From contig CAXXKM010000001.1 of assembly GCA_963664435.2 (NCBI GenBank), forward strand, positions 480,001-544,000: a DNA stretch of 64,000 nt, given 5' to 3'. The notes under the pieces were generated by a model. The model had not been told where the DNA came from and ran no database searches. It worked only from the letters and a program-made list of their open reading frames with translations. The DNA is from Longimicrobiales bacterium (lineage in GTDB: Bacteria; Gemmatimonadota; Gemmatimonadetes; Longimicrobiales; Gaopeijiaceae). The translations under genes were made by a program, and so were the position numbers. Each line of letters opens with the position of its first letter. Positions within the stretch are counted from its first letter, which is position 1. Positions 20,536 through 29,735 of this stretch are shown one piece after another.

Positions 20536-21729
20536 TCAGTTGCGCCTGCGCGCCGGGTCGAAGAAGGGGGTCTTCACCACCGTGGCCGGCACTTCGTGGC
20601 GCACGAACTCCACGGTGAGTTCGAAGTCCACCCGGTCGCCGGGCCGGGCGAAGTCGCGCTGCAGGGTCGCGAGGGCGATGTACTTCTTGAGGATGGGCGA
20701 GAAGGTGGAGCTGGTGACGAAGCCGACCTGGGTTCCGGCGGCGAAGATCGGCACCGGCTCGCGCGAGGCCCGGCCCGCCACCAGCGGGGGCAGCCCGACG
20801 GAGGCGAAGCGCCGCTCGATGCGCGGCCAGTCGACCTCGAGCCCCGCGAAGGCCCATTTCGAGGGCTGGGCGGCTTCCCCCTCGAGCGCCTTCCCGCCTA
20901 CGAAATCGCGTCCGGGCCGCGGCTGCACCGCCCACCCCAGGCCGGCCTCGTAGGGCGAGGACTTGCGCGACTCGATGAGCGCCGTCCACGCCGACACGTA
21001 GTCCACTTCCTTGAGCAGGAGCCCGGCCTCGATGCGGGCCACGTCGAGGGCGTCGAGGCCGGCCGGGGCGATGCCGTACCCCCGGCCCGCCTCCATGAGC
21101 GCGTCCCAGAGGGCGAGCGCGTGCTCGGGGCGCACCCAGATCTCGTATCCGAGATCACCGGTGTAGCCGGTCCGCGTGATCGTGACCGGAACCGATCCCA
21201 CGTTGCCCTCGGCCAACCCGAAGTACGGGACCGAGGCGATGCCCGCCCCGGTCACCAGCCCGGCCAGGATGTCGCGCGAGGTGGGTCCCTGGAGGGCGAG
21301 CGCGGCCAGCTCGAGCGAGACGTCGCGCACGCGGGCGTCCATCCCCAGCGCGCAGTCCTGGAACCAGCGCAGGCTCGGATCCGCGGCCGTGATGCGGAAG
21401 GCGTCCGCGTCCAGGCGCTGCACGGTGCCGTCGTCGATCAGCTTGCCCGCCTCGTCGCACCAGGGGCTGTAGAGCACGCGCCCCTCCGGGCAGTCGGCCG
21501 CGTGGCGCGTGACGATGCGGTCGACCAGCGCGGCCGCGCCGGGCCCGGTGATCTCGTATTTGCGCAGGGGCGAGATGTCGAAGAGCGCCGCCGCGCTGCG
21601 CACCGCGTAGTACTCGTACTCGTGGCTCGGCTCGTAGCTGAGGGCGGCGGCGTACCCGGACCAGTTGCGCCAGCGGCGGTGGTGACAGAGCGCGCCGGTG
21701 CGCCGGTGGAAGGGGGTTTCGAGGAGCAT
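20536..21729 (-). CDS. Aminomethyltransferase (GcvT-family) protein
   Basis: TPFH, EYYAVR, DDGT, TRTGYTGDLGYEIW, ARIEAG, TPFFDP. Confidence 0.9.
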   Translation of the reverse strand: MLLETPFHRRTGALCHHRRWRNWSGYAAALSYEPSHEYEYYAVRSAAALFDISPLRKYEITGPGAAALVDRIVTRHAADCPEGRVLYSPWCDEAGKLIDDGTVQRLDADAFRITAADPSLRWFQDCALGMDARVRDVSLELAALALQGPTSRDILAGLVTGAGIASVPYFGLAEGNVGSVPVTITRTGYTGDLGYEIWVRPEHALALWDALMEAGRGYGIAPAGLDALDVARIEAGLLLKEVDYVSAWTALIESRKSSPYEAGLGWAVQPRPGRDFVGGKALEGEAAQPSKWAFAGLEVDWPRIERRFASVGLPPLVAGRASREPVPIFAAGTQVGFVTSSTFSPILKKYIALATLQRDFARPGDRVDFELTVEFVRHEVPATVVKTPFFDPARRRN

Positions 21730-21748
21730 GCGGCAAGCTGGCTGCGAT

Positions 21749-22312
21749 TCAGAAGCGCAGCAAGGTGGTGACCGCGGGTTGGCCCGGCTGGATGACGATG
21801 AGGTAGAGCCGGTCGTACTCCATGTGGTCGATGGGACCGTGAGGCTCGCCGCCGAGCGCCTCCACGAGGCTCGGGGTCGTGTTGCTGTGGCCCGAGACCA
21901 GATGACGCCCGGGCGTCGCGCGGATGGACTCCGCGAGCTCCACCAGCTCTCCGGGGCTGTAGAGGGCGAGCTCCACGCCGTCGTCGGCGGCGATGGGACG
22001 GGCGGTATCGAGCGTCCGGGTCAGGTTGGTGGAGTGGACGTGAGTGAAATCCACGTCCGCCAGAAGGGTTCGCAGCCGCTCGACCCGCGCCCTTCCAACG
22101 TCGTTCAAGGGCGAGTTGGGACTGTCGTCGAGCCGTTCCGCATGCCGCACCAGGATGACGGTCACGGCCCCGTCCGGGTCCGGCGCGAAGACCTGCGCAC
22201 CGAGGCGGAAGGGCGACGCGACCGCCGCCAGGCAGGCCGCGAAGGCAACCAGCGTGCTTGCGTGTACGCACGCGCGGCATCGTGGAATTCGCGATCGAGT
22301 CATGGCACCCAC
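21749..22312 (-). CDS. Secreted histidine phosphatase (phosphoglycerate mutase family)
   Basis: LVRHAE, R..T motif, GHSNT; hydrophobic N-terminal signal. Confidence 0.82.
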   Translation of the reverse strand: MGAMTRSRIPRCRACVHASTLVAFAACLAAVASPFRLGAQVFAPDPDGAVTVILVRHAERLDDSPNSPLNDVGRARVERLRTLLADVDFTHVHSTNLTRTLDTARPIAADDGVELALYSPGELVELAESIRATPGRHLVSGHSNTTPSLVEALGGEPHGPIDHMEYDRLYLIVIQPGQPAVTTLLRF

Positions 22313-22827
22313 TACTTGAGCTCGACCAGCTGATCGGGGTCGACCCGGACCACGATGTAGGTGATCGCCTCGGTGATCTCGCTGAAACCGTGCGGCGAGT
22401 TGGTCGGGATGATCACCATGTCGCCCGGCCCGATTTCTCGGCTCTGTCCGCCCGCGATGCCGCCCAGCGCACTCGGGCCGGTCAGCGTGCGGACGATATT
22501 GCCCTCCGGATCGAGGGGGCTCGCGCCGGTGAGCTCGCCACCGGTCACCAGCGTGCCGCGCCCCTGCACAACGTAGTAGACCTCGGTCTGGTTGTGGTGC
22601 TGGATGGCCCCCAGCGAGGTGGTGGGCGGCCGGTGCACCAACCCGACCCCGACGTTGTGGCCGCCCGCGTCGATGTGCCGGATCTGCTGGTCGCTCACCC
22701 GGTCCTCGGGGGCGTTGGCGATCGTCGCGAGAATGTCGTCCGCGGTGATGTGGGTGGCGGCCGGATTGTCCTGGGCCGCAGCCCAGAGCACCCCGGCGGC
22801 CAGCGCGGCGACGAGCAGCTTCGACAT
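22312..22827 (-). CDS. Secreted cupin-domain protein
   Basis: Signal peptide; QHHNQTEVYYVVQGRG and GDMVIIP..SPHGF cupin motifs. Confidence 0.82.
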   Translation of the reverse strand: MSKLLVAALAAGVLWAAAQDNPAATHITADDILATIANAPEDRVSDQQIRHIDAGGHNVGVGLVHRPPTTSLGAIQHHNQTEVYYVVQGRGTLVTGGELTGASPLDPEGNIVRTLTGPSALGGIAGGQSREIGPGDMVIIPTNSPHGFSEITEAITYIVVRVDPDQLVELK

Positions 22828-23022
22828 GGCGGTCTCCGTCAACGTTGGGGTTCAGGGCCCTGCACGGGAGAAGCCAATATTAACAGGCCCTGAATGAATC
22901 CGCGCGTGCACCGAGAGAATCGGCCTTGCCCTCGGCGCGGGCAAACGGCGCCACATCGTGGGCCGCGACCCTCACGGCGTCTCTCCCGAGGACCGGTTCA
23001 GAACTGGCTTGTCAAACGAGGT

Positions 23023-23985
23023 TCACCCCCCCGGCCTTCGCACCCGCCGCTTGATCTCCGGGTCGACCCGCGTTCCGTACATGGTGATGCCGGACAGGCG
23101 CGAGAAGTAGTCGTAGGCCACGGCCGACACCGCCTCCACCACGGCCCCGCCGTTGCCCCCGTAGCTGGACATCACCGAGATCACGTAGGGGCGGTCGGGC
23201 ACGTCGACCAGCCCCCATACGGTGGCAACGCCGGTGATTCCACCGGGCTTGAATGCGATCGGCACCTCGCGGGGCACCGGGGTGCGAATGGGCCCACCCT
23301 TGAAGATCTCCAGGATCTCGCGCACCCGCGCGCACCCGGTTTCCCCCATCGGCAGGTCGCAGCTCGCGATCCGTTCCATGATCAGCGCGGCGTCCCGGGG
23401 CGTGGACAGGTTCTCGTTGCCGCGCGCGGACTCCTCCGGCCGGATCATCTTGCGCTGCAGAAGGGTGTGCTCCGCCCCGAGCGAGGCCGAAAGCGCGTTC
23501 ACCTCGTCCATTCCCATCTCGTCGATGAGCACGTTCGTGGCGGTGTTGTCGGAATAGACGATCATGTAGATCGCGTAGTCCTCGAGGGACAGCGACGCGC
23601 CGCCGTCGGTCAGGTGGAGCAGCACGCCGCTCCCGCCGGTGCGCACCTCGTCGGTCATGTCGATGCGGCGGCGCAGCAGCCCGGATTCCGACTCGGCCCG
23701 CCGGAAGAGCTCCAGGAGGATGGGGATCTTGATGGCGCTCGCCTGCGGGAAGACCAGCTCGTCGTTCACGCTGAAGCGGTCGCCCGAGGTGAGGTCGATG
23801 AGATGCACGCCCGCGACGCCCTCGTAGCCATCGACGATGCTCTCCAGTTCCGCCTGCAGCTTGCCGCGCAGGAGCGCCAGATGCTCCTCCTGGGCGGAGA
23901 GCGGGGAGGCGGGGAAGAACGCGGAGACGGCAAGGCCGAGGACCAGGCCGCAGGTAAGGATTCGGTGCGGCGGCAAGGGCGTCAT
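23023..23985 (-). CDS. Serine hydrolase, class A beta-lactamase-like
   Basis: Signal peptide; SAIK (SxxK), SDN, FKPG. Confidence 0.85.
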   Translation of the reverse strand: MTPLPPHRILTCGLVLGLAVSAFFPASPLSAQEEHLALLRGKLQAELESIVDGYEGVAGVHLIDLTSGDRFSVNDELVFPQASAIKIPILLELFRRAESESGLLRRRIDMTDEVRTGGSGVLLHLTDGGASLSLEDYAIYMIVYSDNTATNVLIDEMGMDEVNALSASLGAEHTLLQRKMIRPEESARGNENLSTPRDAALIMERIASCDLPMGETGCARVREILEIFKGGPIRTPVPREVPIAFKPGGITGVATVWGLVDVPDRPYVISVMSSYGGNGGAVVEAVSAVAYDYFSRLSGITMYGTRVDPEIKRRVRRPGG

Positions 23986-24083
23986 GGTCCCTCCTGATGA
24001 TGTGTTTCGTCTGATGAAGACGCGGCGATGGCGGCCCCCCCGGGGCGCATCGTGTTGACGACCTGTGCCCGGCCGGACCTGCC

Positions 24084-25238
24084 TCAGATCCGCATCGCCG
24101 AGAAAACCGCCCGGTGCGCCGCCACGATGCGTTCCAGCGCCTCCTGGTTGGGTTCGAGCGACCACTCTCCGCGCTCGGAGGTTCCGCCAAGCACGATGCC
24201 GTCGCTGCGCGGCTGCATATGGATGCCGAGGCCGCCTTGCGGGGTTGCAGGGGCACCGCCGAAGGTGCCGTAGTTCACTTCGGGCTGCGGCACCAGCACC
24301 GTGAGCTGTCCCTTGAGGGGCACCATCGTGCGGTCGCCGAACAGGTCGCGCGCGCCCAGCCCGGTGCAGTTGACCGCGATCGATTCGTCCAGTTCCACCA
24401 GCTCCCGCGGCTCCGTGAACTTGCGGATGACGATGCGCCCGCCGAAGTCGACGAAGTCCCGCACCAGGGCGTCGAGATAGATGGAGGGCTCGATGCGCAT
24501 CTGGGTGCGCTGATTGGCGTAGCGGGTCGAGAACGGATGCTCTCCCGGCCCCAGCACCCTTGTCCCCGTGCGCAGGTGCGCGGGGAGCAGCGGCTCGGCG
24601 TCCCCTCCCCCGCCTCCCCGCGGGCGTGGCTCGTTGTCGCCGAGCGCGTAGCTGTGGATCCAGGACACGCCGTATCCCCGCCCGACCAGCAATTGCAGCT
24701 GCCGGTAGCCGATCTCCGCGGCCTCCCGGAACTGGGCGTCCCAGGCAGGCGTCCGCAGGTCGTCGTCGACGAGCCCCGACGTGGGCGTGAATCCCGCCAG
24801 GGACATGTTGGACGTGGTGTTCGGGGGCACGTCCATCGTGTAGATGGTGACGTCGAACCCCCGCCGCTGCAGCTGGCGCGCGGCGGTGAGCCCGGCAGCC
24901 CCACACCCGAGCACCGCCGCCGTGCGGCTGTCGTGCTCCAGGGCCATCTCCGCGGCCATGGCCCCCGTGCCCCACGAGAGCGACATCCCCGCTCCGCCGT
25001 GCCCGTAGTTGTGGATCACCGTAGTCTCGTCGAGCCGCTCGGCGCGCAGCAGGAACCCCGCCGGGCGATGGGGCCGGAGGCCCACGGTGGTGCGGATGAT
25101 GCGGTCCGGATCCACGCGCACCCGCGCGAGCCGCAGCGGCGGCTGGCCCATGGGTGTCGAGCGCACTCCGCACGCACCCAGCCCGCTCCCGAGCAACCCG
25201 ATGCCGCCGATTCTCAGCAGCGTTCGTCGGTCCATCAT
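24084..25238 (-). CDS. D-amino-acid oxidase family FAD enzyme, Tat lipoprotein
   Basis: DRRTLL twin-Arg and lipobox LGAC; VGLRP, HNYGHGGAG, VNCTGLGA. The HNYGHGG segment lies near the N-terminus (permuted order). Confidence 0.85.
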   Translation of the reverse strand: MMDRRTLLRIGGIGLLGSGLGACGVRSTPMGQPPLRLARVRVDPDRIIRTTVGLRPHRPAGFLLRAERLDETTVIHNYGHGGAGMSLSWGTGAMAAEMALEHDSRTAAVLGCGAAGLTAARQLQRRGFDVTIYTMDVPPNTTSNMSLAGFTPTSGLVDDDLRTPAWDAQFREAAEIGYRQLQLLVGRGYGVSWIHSYALGDNEPRPRGGGGGDAEPLLPAHLRTGTRVLGPGEHPFSTRYANQRTQMRIEPSIYLDALVRDFVDFGGRIVIRKFTEPRELVELDESIAVNCTGLGARDLFGDRTMVPLKGQLTVLVPQPEVNYGTFGGAPATPQGGLGIHMQPRSDGIVLGGTSERGEWSLEPNQEALERIVAAHRAVFSAMRI

Positions 25239-25475
25239 CGTCTCCGGCCCATTCTGCGATGGCAGGCGTCTTCGTCGAAGTCCCATCTTGGATTGCGCAC
25301 CCACGCCGGGCAACTATTGACCAGTCGCGGACGGCGGGAGACCAGACCTATGCCTATGACAAACCCGCCCATCCGAAACGCAACATCAAGTTCAACGGCC
25401 TGGGCGAAGACCGGATTAGCCTTGACCTCGCTTTGTTGCCGGTGGCCAGCGAGGACCCTCCAACGCCAATGGCGG

Positions 25476-26639
25476 TCAGTGACGACTCGAAGCGCCGGCT
25501 TCGCTTGCGGGGTGGAACCGCACCCGCACGACGCGCTGGACATCGAGAGAGTCGCGTGTCGTGCCATACAGAAGCGACTCGGTGACCCAGGGGACGCCAC
25601 CCACCCGAACGCCTGCCGGCCAGCGATAGCGAGCAACCAGCTCGGCGCCCTCATAGACATCGGCTTCGCGCAATTCGTCACCGTCCGCTGGCGTTTTCTC
25701 TACCCACAGTCGATCCGAGCGATCAAAGAAGAGGTCCGCGAGTGCCGGCTTACGCTCGGGAATGCCGAACGGATGATTCGAAAGGTCCAGCCGCCGAAGG
25801 TCTCGATCGACAAGGGCCGCCGCGCGCTCGCGCTCGTCCCGGCTGAGCGGCGGCCCGCGAAGCTGCGAACGCTCGATCCGGAGCATGGTCCCATCCGGCC
25901 GGTGAACATCGACCGAGTACTCCGAGGTGATGGCTTCGGCCCAGGCACCGCCGGAGCCGTGGCCGTGCATCCACCGCGGGCCGAAAGGCTGCCGGACGAA
26001 AAAGCTCATCTGCATGTCCCGGAACGTCCGTGACACCGCCGTGGAGCCGGTCGCCTGCCTGTCAGGATCCGCCATGGCGACTGTGTCGACTGATCCGTCG
26101 GATTCCCTGTGAAAGCGCGCAGTTACGGCCTCGCCCTCCGGGCTGGTCAGTGTCCCGACGTCGACAAGGCGACCCTCGGCGTCGAAGGTGACCGGCGCAA
26201 CCATACCGACGCCGCCGTGCGCAATCCTCAGCCCGCGGTCGTATCGGGCGCCCGCGGCATCGATTTGGAACGCACTGTAGCGGGTACTCTCGCGCACCCA
26301 CAGCACGCCGTCCGGCCCGAACGCCAGGCAGCAGGGACCGGTCAGTTCGCCCGGGCCCTCTCCCTCTCCCCCGAAGCGGAAAAGGAACCGGCCCTGTGAA
26401 TCGAAGACGCGCACCTCGTGCGATTGCATGTCGGCGACGAGGATCCGCCCGGTCGGATCCTCAACAATCGACTCGACACGAGTGAACAGATAGGGCTCGT
26501 CCCCCTCGGTTTCGCCGAACTCGAGGTCGACAATGCCCGCGAAGGTGGGGACTCCGCCTGGCAACAAGTCACTGTCCGCACCGGTACAGCCGACTCCCTG
26601 CAGGAGAAGCAGTGCGGACGCGAGTAACAGCCGAGCCAT
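25476..26639 (-). CDS. 6-bladed beta-propeller (NHL-like) lipoprotein
   Basis: Lipobox GVGC; ILVAD...VRVFD.QGRFLFRFGGEGEGPGE. Confidence 0.8.
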   Translation of the reverse strand: MARLLLASALLLLQGVGCTGADSDLLPGGVPTFAGIVDLEFGETEGDEPYLFTRVESIVEDPTGRILVADMQSHEVRVFDSQGRFLFRFGGEGEGPGELTGPCCLAFGPDGVLWVRESTRYSAFQIDAAGARYDRGLRIAHGGVGMVAPVTFDAEGRLVDVGTLTSPEGEAVTARFHRESDGSVDTVAMADPDRQATGSTAVSRTFRDMQMSFFVRQPFGPRWMHGHGSGGAWAEAITSEYSVDVHRPDGTMLRIERSQLRGPPLSRDERERAAALVDRDLRRLDLSNHPFGIPERKPALADLFFDRSDRLWVEKTPADGDELREADVYEGAELVARYRWPAGVRVGGVPWVTESLLYGTTRDSLDVQRVVRVRFHPASEAGASSRH

Positions 26640-26785
26640 CCCGGCCTGACGGGTGACGATGCACATGGCGAACAACCGGACCAGGCCTGGCGTAGATGGA
26701 GCCGACGACTACAGACGCTTGCGGGGCAACGATATCACACAGGTGTTGAAAAATCAAACATAGCGAGCTGCGGGAATCGCAAAGC

Positions 26786-27388
26786 TCATCGTACCACGAC
26801 GAACCCCACCGCCCGGTCCACGTCCCGGATGTCGACCACCGCCCCGTCGGTGAAGTCGAGCACGATGCGCCACGCCCGGGTTCCATCCTCGGCCACGATC
26901 GGTTCCAGCCACGCCCGCTCGATCCAGCCCACTCGCAGCAGGGCATCTTCCAGGGCCGCGAGCTGAAGGTCGGTCTCGGGTCCCGCGTCGATGTAGTAGT
27001 TGATCGTCTCCACATCGAAGGGGTGGTTGATGCGCCAGCGGTTGAGCGCCTGGTTGATCGTCACCCAATCCGCGCCCGTGTCGATGAGGTGCTGCGCGTG
27101 GAAGCGGAGCAGCATGTCGTTGTGCTTGGGATTGCGGGCCAGCGCCTCCTCCAGGAAGCGCTCGTACTCCGCGACATCCCCTGACGCCAGCGACTGCATT
27201 CCCTGGATGAACTCCGTATCCGCCTCATCCGGAGTCACCCGCACCAGCACCTCCGCCAGCGCGCGCCCCTCCTCCGAGAACCAGCCCGGAGGCTCGGAAG
27301 CGCGCGAGAGCCACCACTCGCGCCCGCCGACGATCAGGCACAGCCCGTAGATCACCAACAGCAGACGGTATTTCTGATGCCACGGCAT
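26786..27388 (-). CDS. Membrane-anchored hypothetical protein with TPR-like helices
   Basis: N-terminal TM segment; FLEEALARNPKH; GC-rich codon usage. Confidence 0.65.
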   Translation of the reverse strand: MPWHQKYRLLLVIYGLCLIVGGREWWLSRASEPPGWFSEEGRALAEVLVRVTPDEADTEFIQGMQSLASGDVAEYERFLEEALARNPKHNDMLLRFHAQHLIDTGADWVTINQALNRWRINHPFDVETINYYIDAGPETDLQLAALEDALLRVGWIERAWLEPIVAEDGTRAWRIVLDFTDGAVVDIRDVDRAVGFVVVR

Positions 27389-27389
27389 G

Positions 27390-27518
27390 CTACAGCCTCA
27401 CTTCCCGTGCTCGATCCCTCACTGCCTGTGCTCCACCACGGCCCCGGGTCTCCGTCCCACAGCCTCGGGTCTCCATCCCCCGGCCCCGGGTCTGCATGCC
27501 GGAGCCCGCGATCTCCAT
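27390..27518 (-). repeat. 21-bp tandem repeats forming a 42-aa ORF that fills the intergenic gap
   Basis: MEIAGSG-MQTRGRG-METRGCG-TETRGRG-GAQAVRD-RAREVRL*; 1-bp gaps to both neighbouring genes. Confidence 0.55.
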
Positions 27519-27519
27519 C

Positions 27520-28635
27520 CTACAACCCCTTTTGCACGCTCTTGTCGCGCACCTTCCAGATGAAGGAATCCACGTAGTAGTGCGTTAACGCATACGCCGC
27601 GATCAGGGTCTCCGCGAAGAGTGCATAGCTCGCCGCGTAGTCGAGCCCGGCAATGTTGAAGTTCTGGATCGCAGCGTAGGGCGCGAAGTTGACCACCCCG
27701 AACCCGAACTCGTCGAGCGGCCGGTTGATCATCAGCTGCACCACGATCGCGTAGGCGCCCCCGCCCACCAGGAACCACTTCAGCTTGCCCTTGCCGGCCA
27801 GGCGGCTCCAGAAGCCCGGCCTCGACACCTTCAGATCGGCCTTGCGCCTCATGAATACGTAGACCATCACCATGTACTGGACCCCGTGCATGATGCGGTG
27901 GGCCACATTGTAGATGAGGATGGAGTTGGTGTGCCAGGCCGCGAAGTACCACAGGAAATAGCTCGCGGCGATGAAGACGTACTTGATGGGGTTGATGCGC
28001 CCGCCGTTCTGTACCAGGCGCCACAGGTGCACGGTGTAGCACGCCAGGTAGATGCCCAGGGCGAGCCAGGCGATCTGCTGCAGCGTCTCGACGAAGCCGG
28101 CCGAGACGGGAATCTGCATGCGGTGCAACTCGCGGATCCACAGGTGCCTGAACATGGGGGCCTGGATGAACATGTTCAGGTACAGCGTCCAGTGCAGCGC
28201 CAGGTCCCAGCGGCCCGTGGAGGGCGTGCCCGCGCCCGCCTTGAAGTCGTAGATGCGGCTGAAGCCGTGCTGCTGCATGATGCTGTGCTGATGGTCCCAG
28301 GCCGTGACCATCAACAGCAGTGTGATCGGCGCCCAGGTGAGTCCCGCGGCGGTGAGCCCGAAGATGACGATGGGCCCGAGGACGAGCCGGTCCTTGAAGC
28401 GCGCCCACTCCTCCGGCATGCCGTAGCTGCGCACCCAGCCCGCGTAGTGGTGCGGCACCGTGATCCAGAGGTTGACGGAGGCCACCACTACGTAGGGAAG
28501 CCACATCTGGAAGCCGAGCGCGATCGCCACCGCCAGGAAGGGCAGTCCCAGGAACCACACCAGGTCGAGGCGCGGGTTCAGAATGTAGCCGGTGCGGAAG
28601 GGAGATTCGCCCGGTCGATTGCCTTGTGTGGTCAT
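27520..28635 (-). CDS. Polytopic membrane protein with conserved His residues
   Basis: Multiple TM segments; PHH, HQHSIMQQHG, HGVQY, HYYVDSFIWK. Confidence 0.75.
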   Translation of the reverse strand: MTTQGNRPGESPFRTGYILNPRLDLVWFLGLPFLAVAIALGFQMWLPYVVVASVNLWITVPHHYAGWVRSYGMPEEWARFKDRLVLGPIVIFGLTAAGLTWAPITLLLMVTAWDHQHSIMQQHGFSRIYDFKAGAGTPSTGRWDLALHWTLYLNMFIQAPMFRHLWIRELHRMQIPVSAGFVETLQQIAWLALGIYLACYTVHLWRLVQNGGRINPIKYVFIAASYFLWYFAAWHTNSILIYNVAHRIMHGVQYMVMVYVFMRRKADLKVSRPGFWSRLAGKGKLKWFLVGGGAYAIVVQLMINRPLDEFGFGVVNFAPYAAIQNFNIAGLDYAASYALFAETLIAAYALTHYYVDSFIWKVRDKSVQKGL

Positions 28636-28831
28636 ACCTGATCCGTCCGGCGAGTGTCCGGGGGAAGCGAGGCGGCCGTCCCCACCTGCCAGCCGACCTC
28701 GCCGGCTGAAAATCGCCAGCCTGCGGGACGGAGGTCAAGTCGCCTCCGGGGGCGTAGTACGAAGTCCTCCTTCATGCGCTCCTGATGCAGGAACCCGTCG
28801 TCTCCTTCATCCACCCATGAGGAGGTTTCCA

Positions 28832-29515
28832 ATGCAGCGGCCATCGCTCGTTCTCCCCGTCATGCTGTTCGTTCTCGCCTCCAGCTCCCCCGCCTCGGCC
28901 CAGGCCACGTTGTCGTTGACCGGCGGTGTCAACCTGTCGACGCTCGCCGCCGACGCTCCTTCCGCCCGGGACGTGTGGCACTCCGAGTCGCTCGCAAGAA
29001 TGTCCATCGGGTTGGCGGCGACCGTCCCGGCTTCGAAGTACCTGGGGATCCAGGCTGGCATCGCCTATGCGCAGAAGGGCGGTCGGCTGACCGCGTTGGA
29101 CAACCGCCAGCTGGTCACCGTCGACATGGCGCTCGACTACTTCGAGTTCACGCTGCTTGCCGTGCCGACGTTGCCCCTGTCGTCGTGGGAACGCTCCTCG
29201 GTTCGCTTCTTCGTCGGTCCCACGCTGGCCAGCCGGGTGTCTTGCGATTTCGACGCATCGGGCTGGCTCGGAGCCGAGCACCTCGCCGCCGCCGGCAGTT
29301 GCGACGCGGGACCGGACGAAATCGAGGTGGCGATGGACCTCGGGGTCACCCTGGGCGGAGGAGTGGTGGTTGGGGTGACGGACCGCACCGATGTGAGCGT
29401 CGATCTGCTCTATTCGCTCGGGCTCATCCCCGTCGGAGGGGGAGACTCGTACTGGAGCGGGCCAAGACACCGTGTTCTGAGTCTCCGGGCCGGCGTAGCC
29501 CTGCCGGTCGGCTAG
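28832..29515 (+). CDS. Outer-membrane beta-barrel (porin-family) protein
   Basis: AGGAGG SD; signal peptide ASA-Q; GGVNLS, YAQKG, LDY, YSLGL. Confidence 0.75.
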   Translation: MQRPSLVLPVMLFVLASSSPASAQATLSLTGGVNLSTLAADAPSARDVWHSESLARMSIGLAATVPASKYLGIQAGIAYAQKGGRLTALDNRQLVTVDMALDYFEFTLLAVPTLPLSSWERSSVRFFVGPTLASRVSCDFDASGWLGAEHLAAAGSCDAGPDEIEVAMDLGVTLGGGVVVGVTDRTDVSVDLLYSLGLIPVGGGDSYWSGPRHRVLSLRAGVALPVG

Positions 29516-29735
29516 GGGTTCGAGCAGCGCTGGCGCGCGGCTGAGGGTCGGTGCGGATCTTCCCGACTGCACCGGCGGGAACGAACTCCACATGCCCAGC
29601 ATTACTAAGGATTTAGTTGACAGGCCGGCTTTCGCTCTCCATCGTGGTGTTGGTGTCCTTCGTCGGGGCGCGCACGACGACGCACCCACGGCTGACAACC
29701 GCGGTGCTCCGAGAACGCACTTGGAGGAGGGGAAC

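Noticed and set aside
23023..23985. Antibiotic resistance beta-lactamase
   Set aside because: Has KPG rather than KTG and no mobile context; only a family-level call is justified.
25314..25470. Lower-GC coding-like fragment (DKPAHPKRNIKFNGLGEDRISLDL) between genes
   Set aside because: No start or recognisable family; possibly gene debris, but unsupported.
27390..27518. CRISPR array
   Set aside because: Repeats are contiguous with no spacers, and there are no cas genes.
28665..28748. Possible riboswitch-like stem structure between divergent genes
   Set aside because: No recognisable riboswitch consensus; stems are expected by chance at this GC content.
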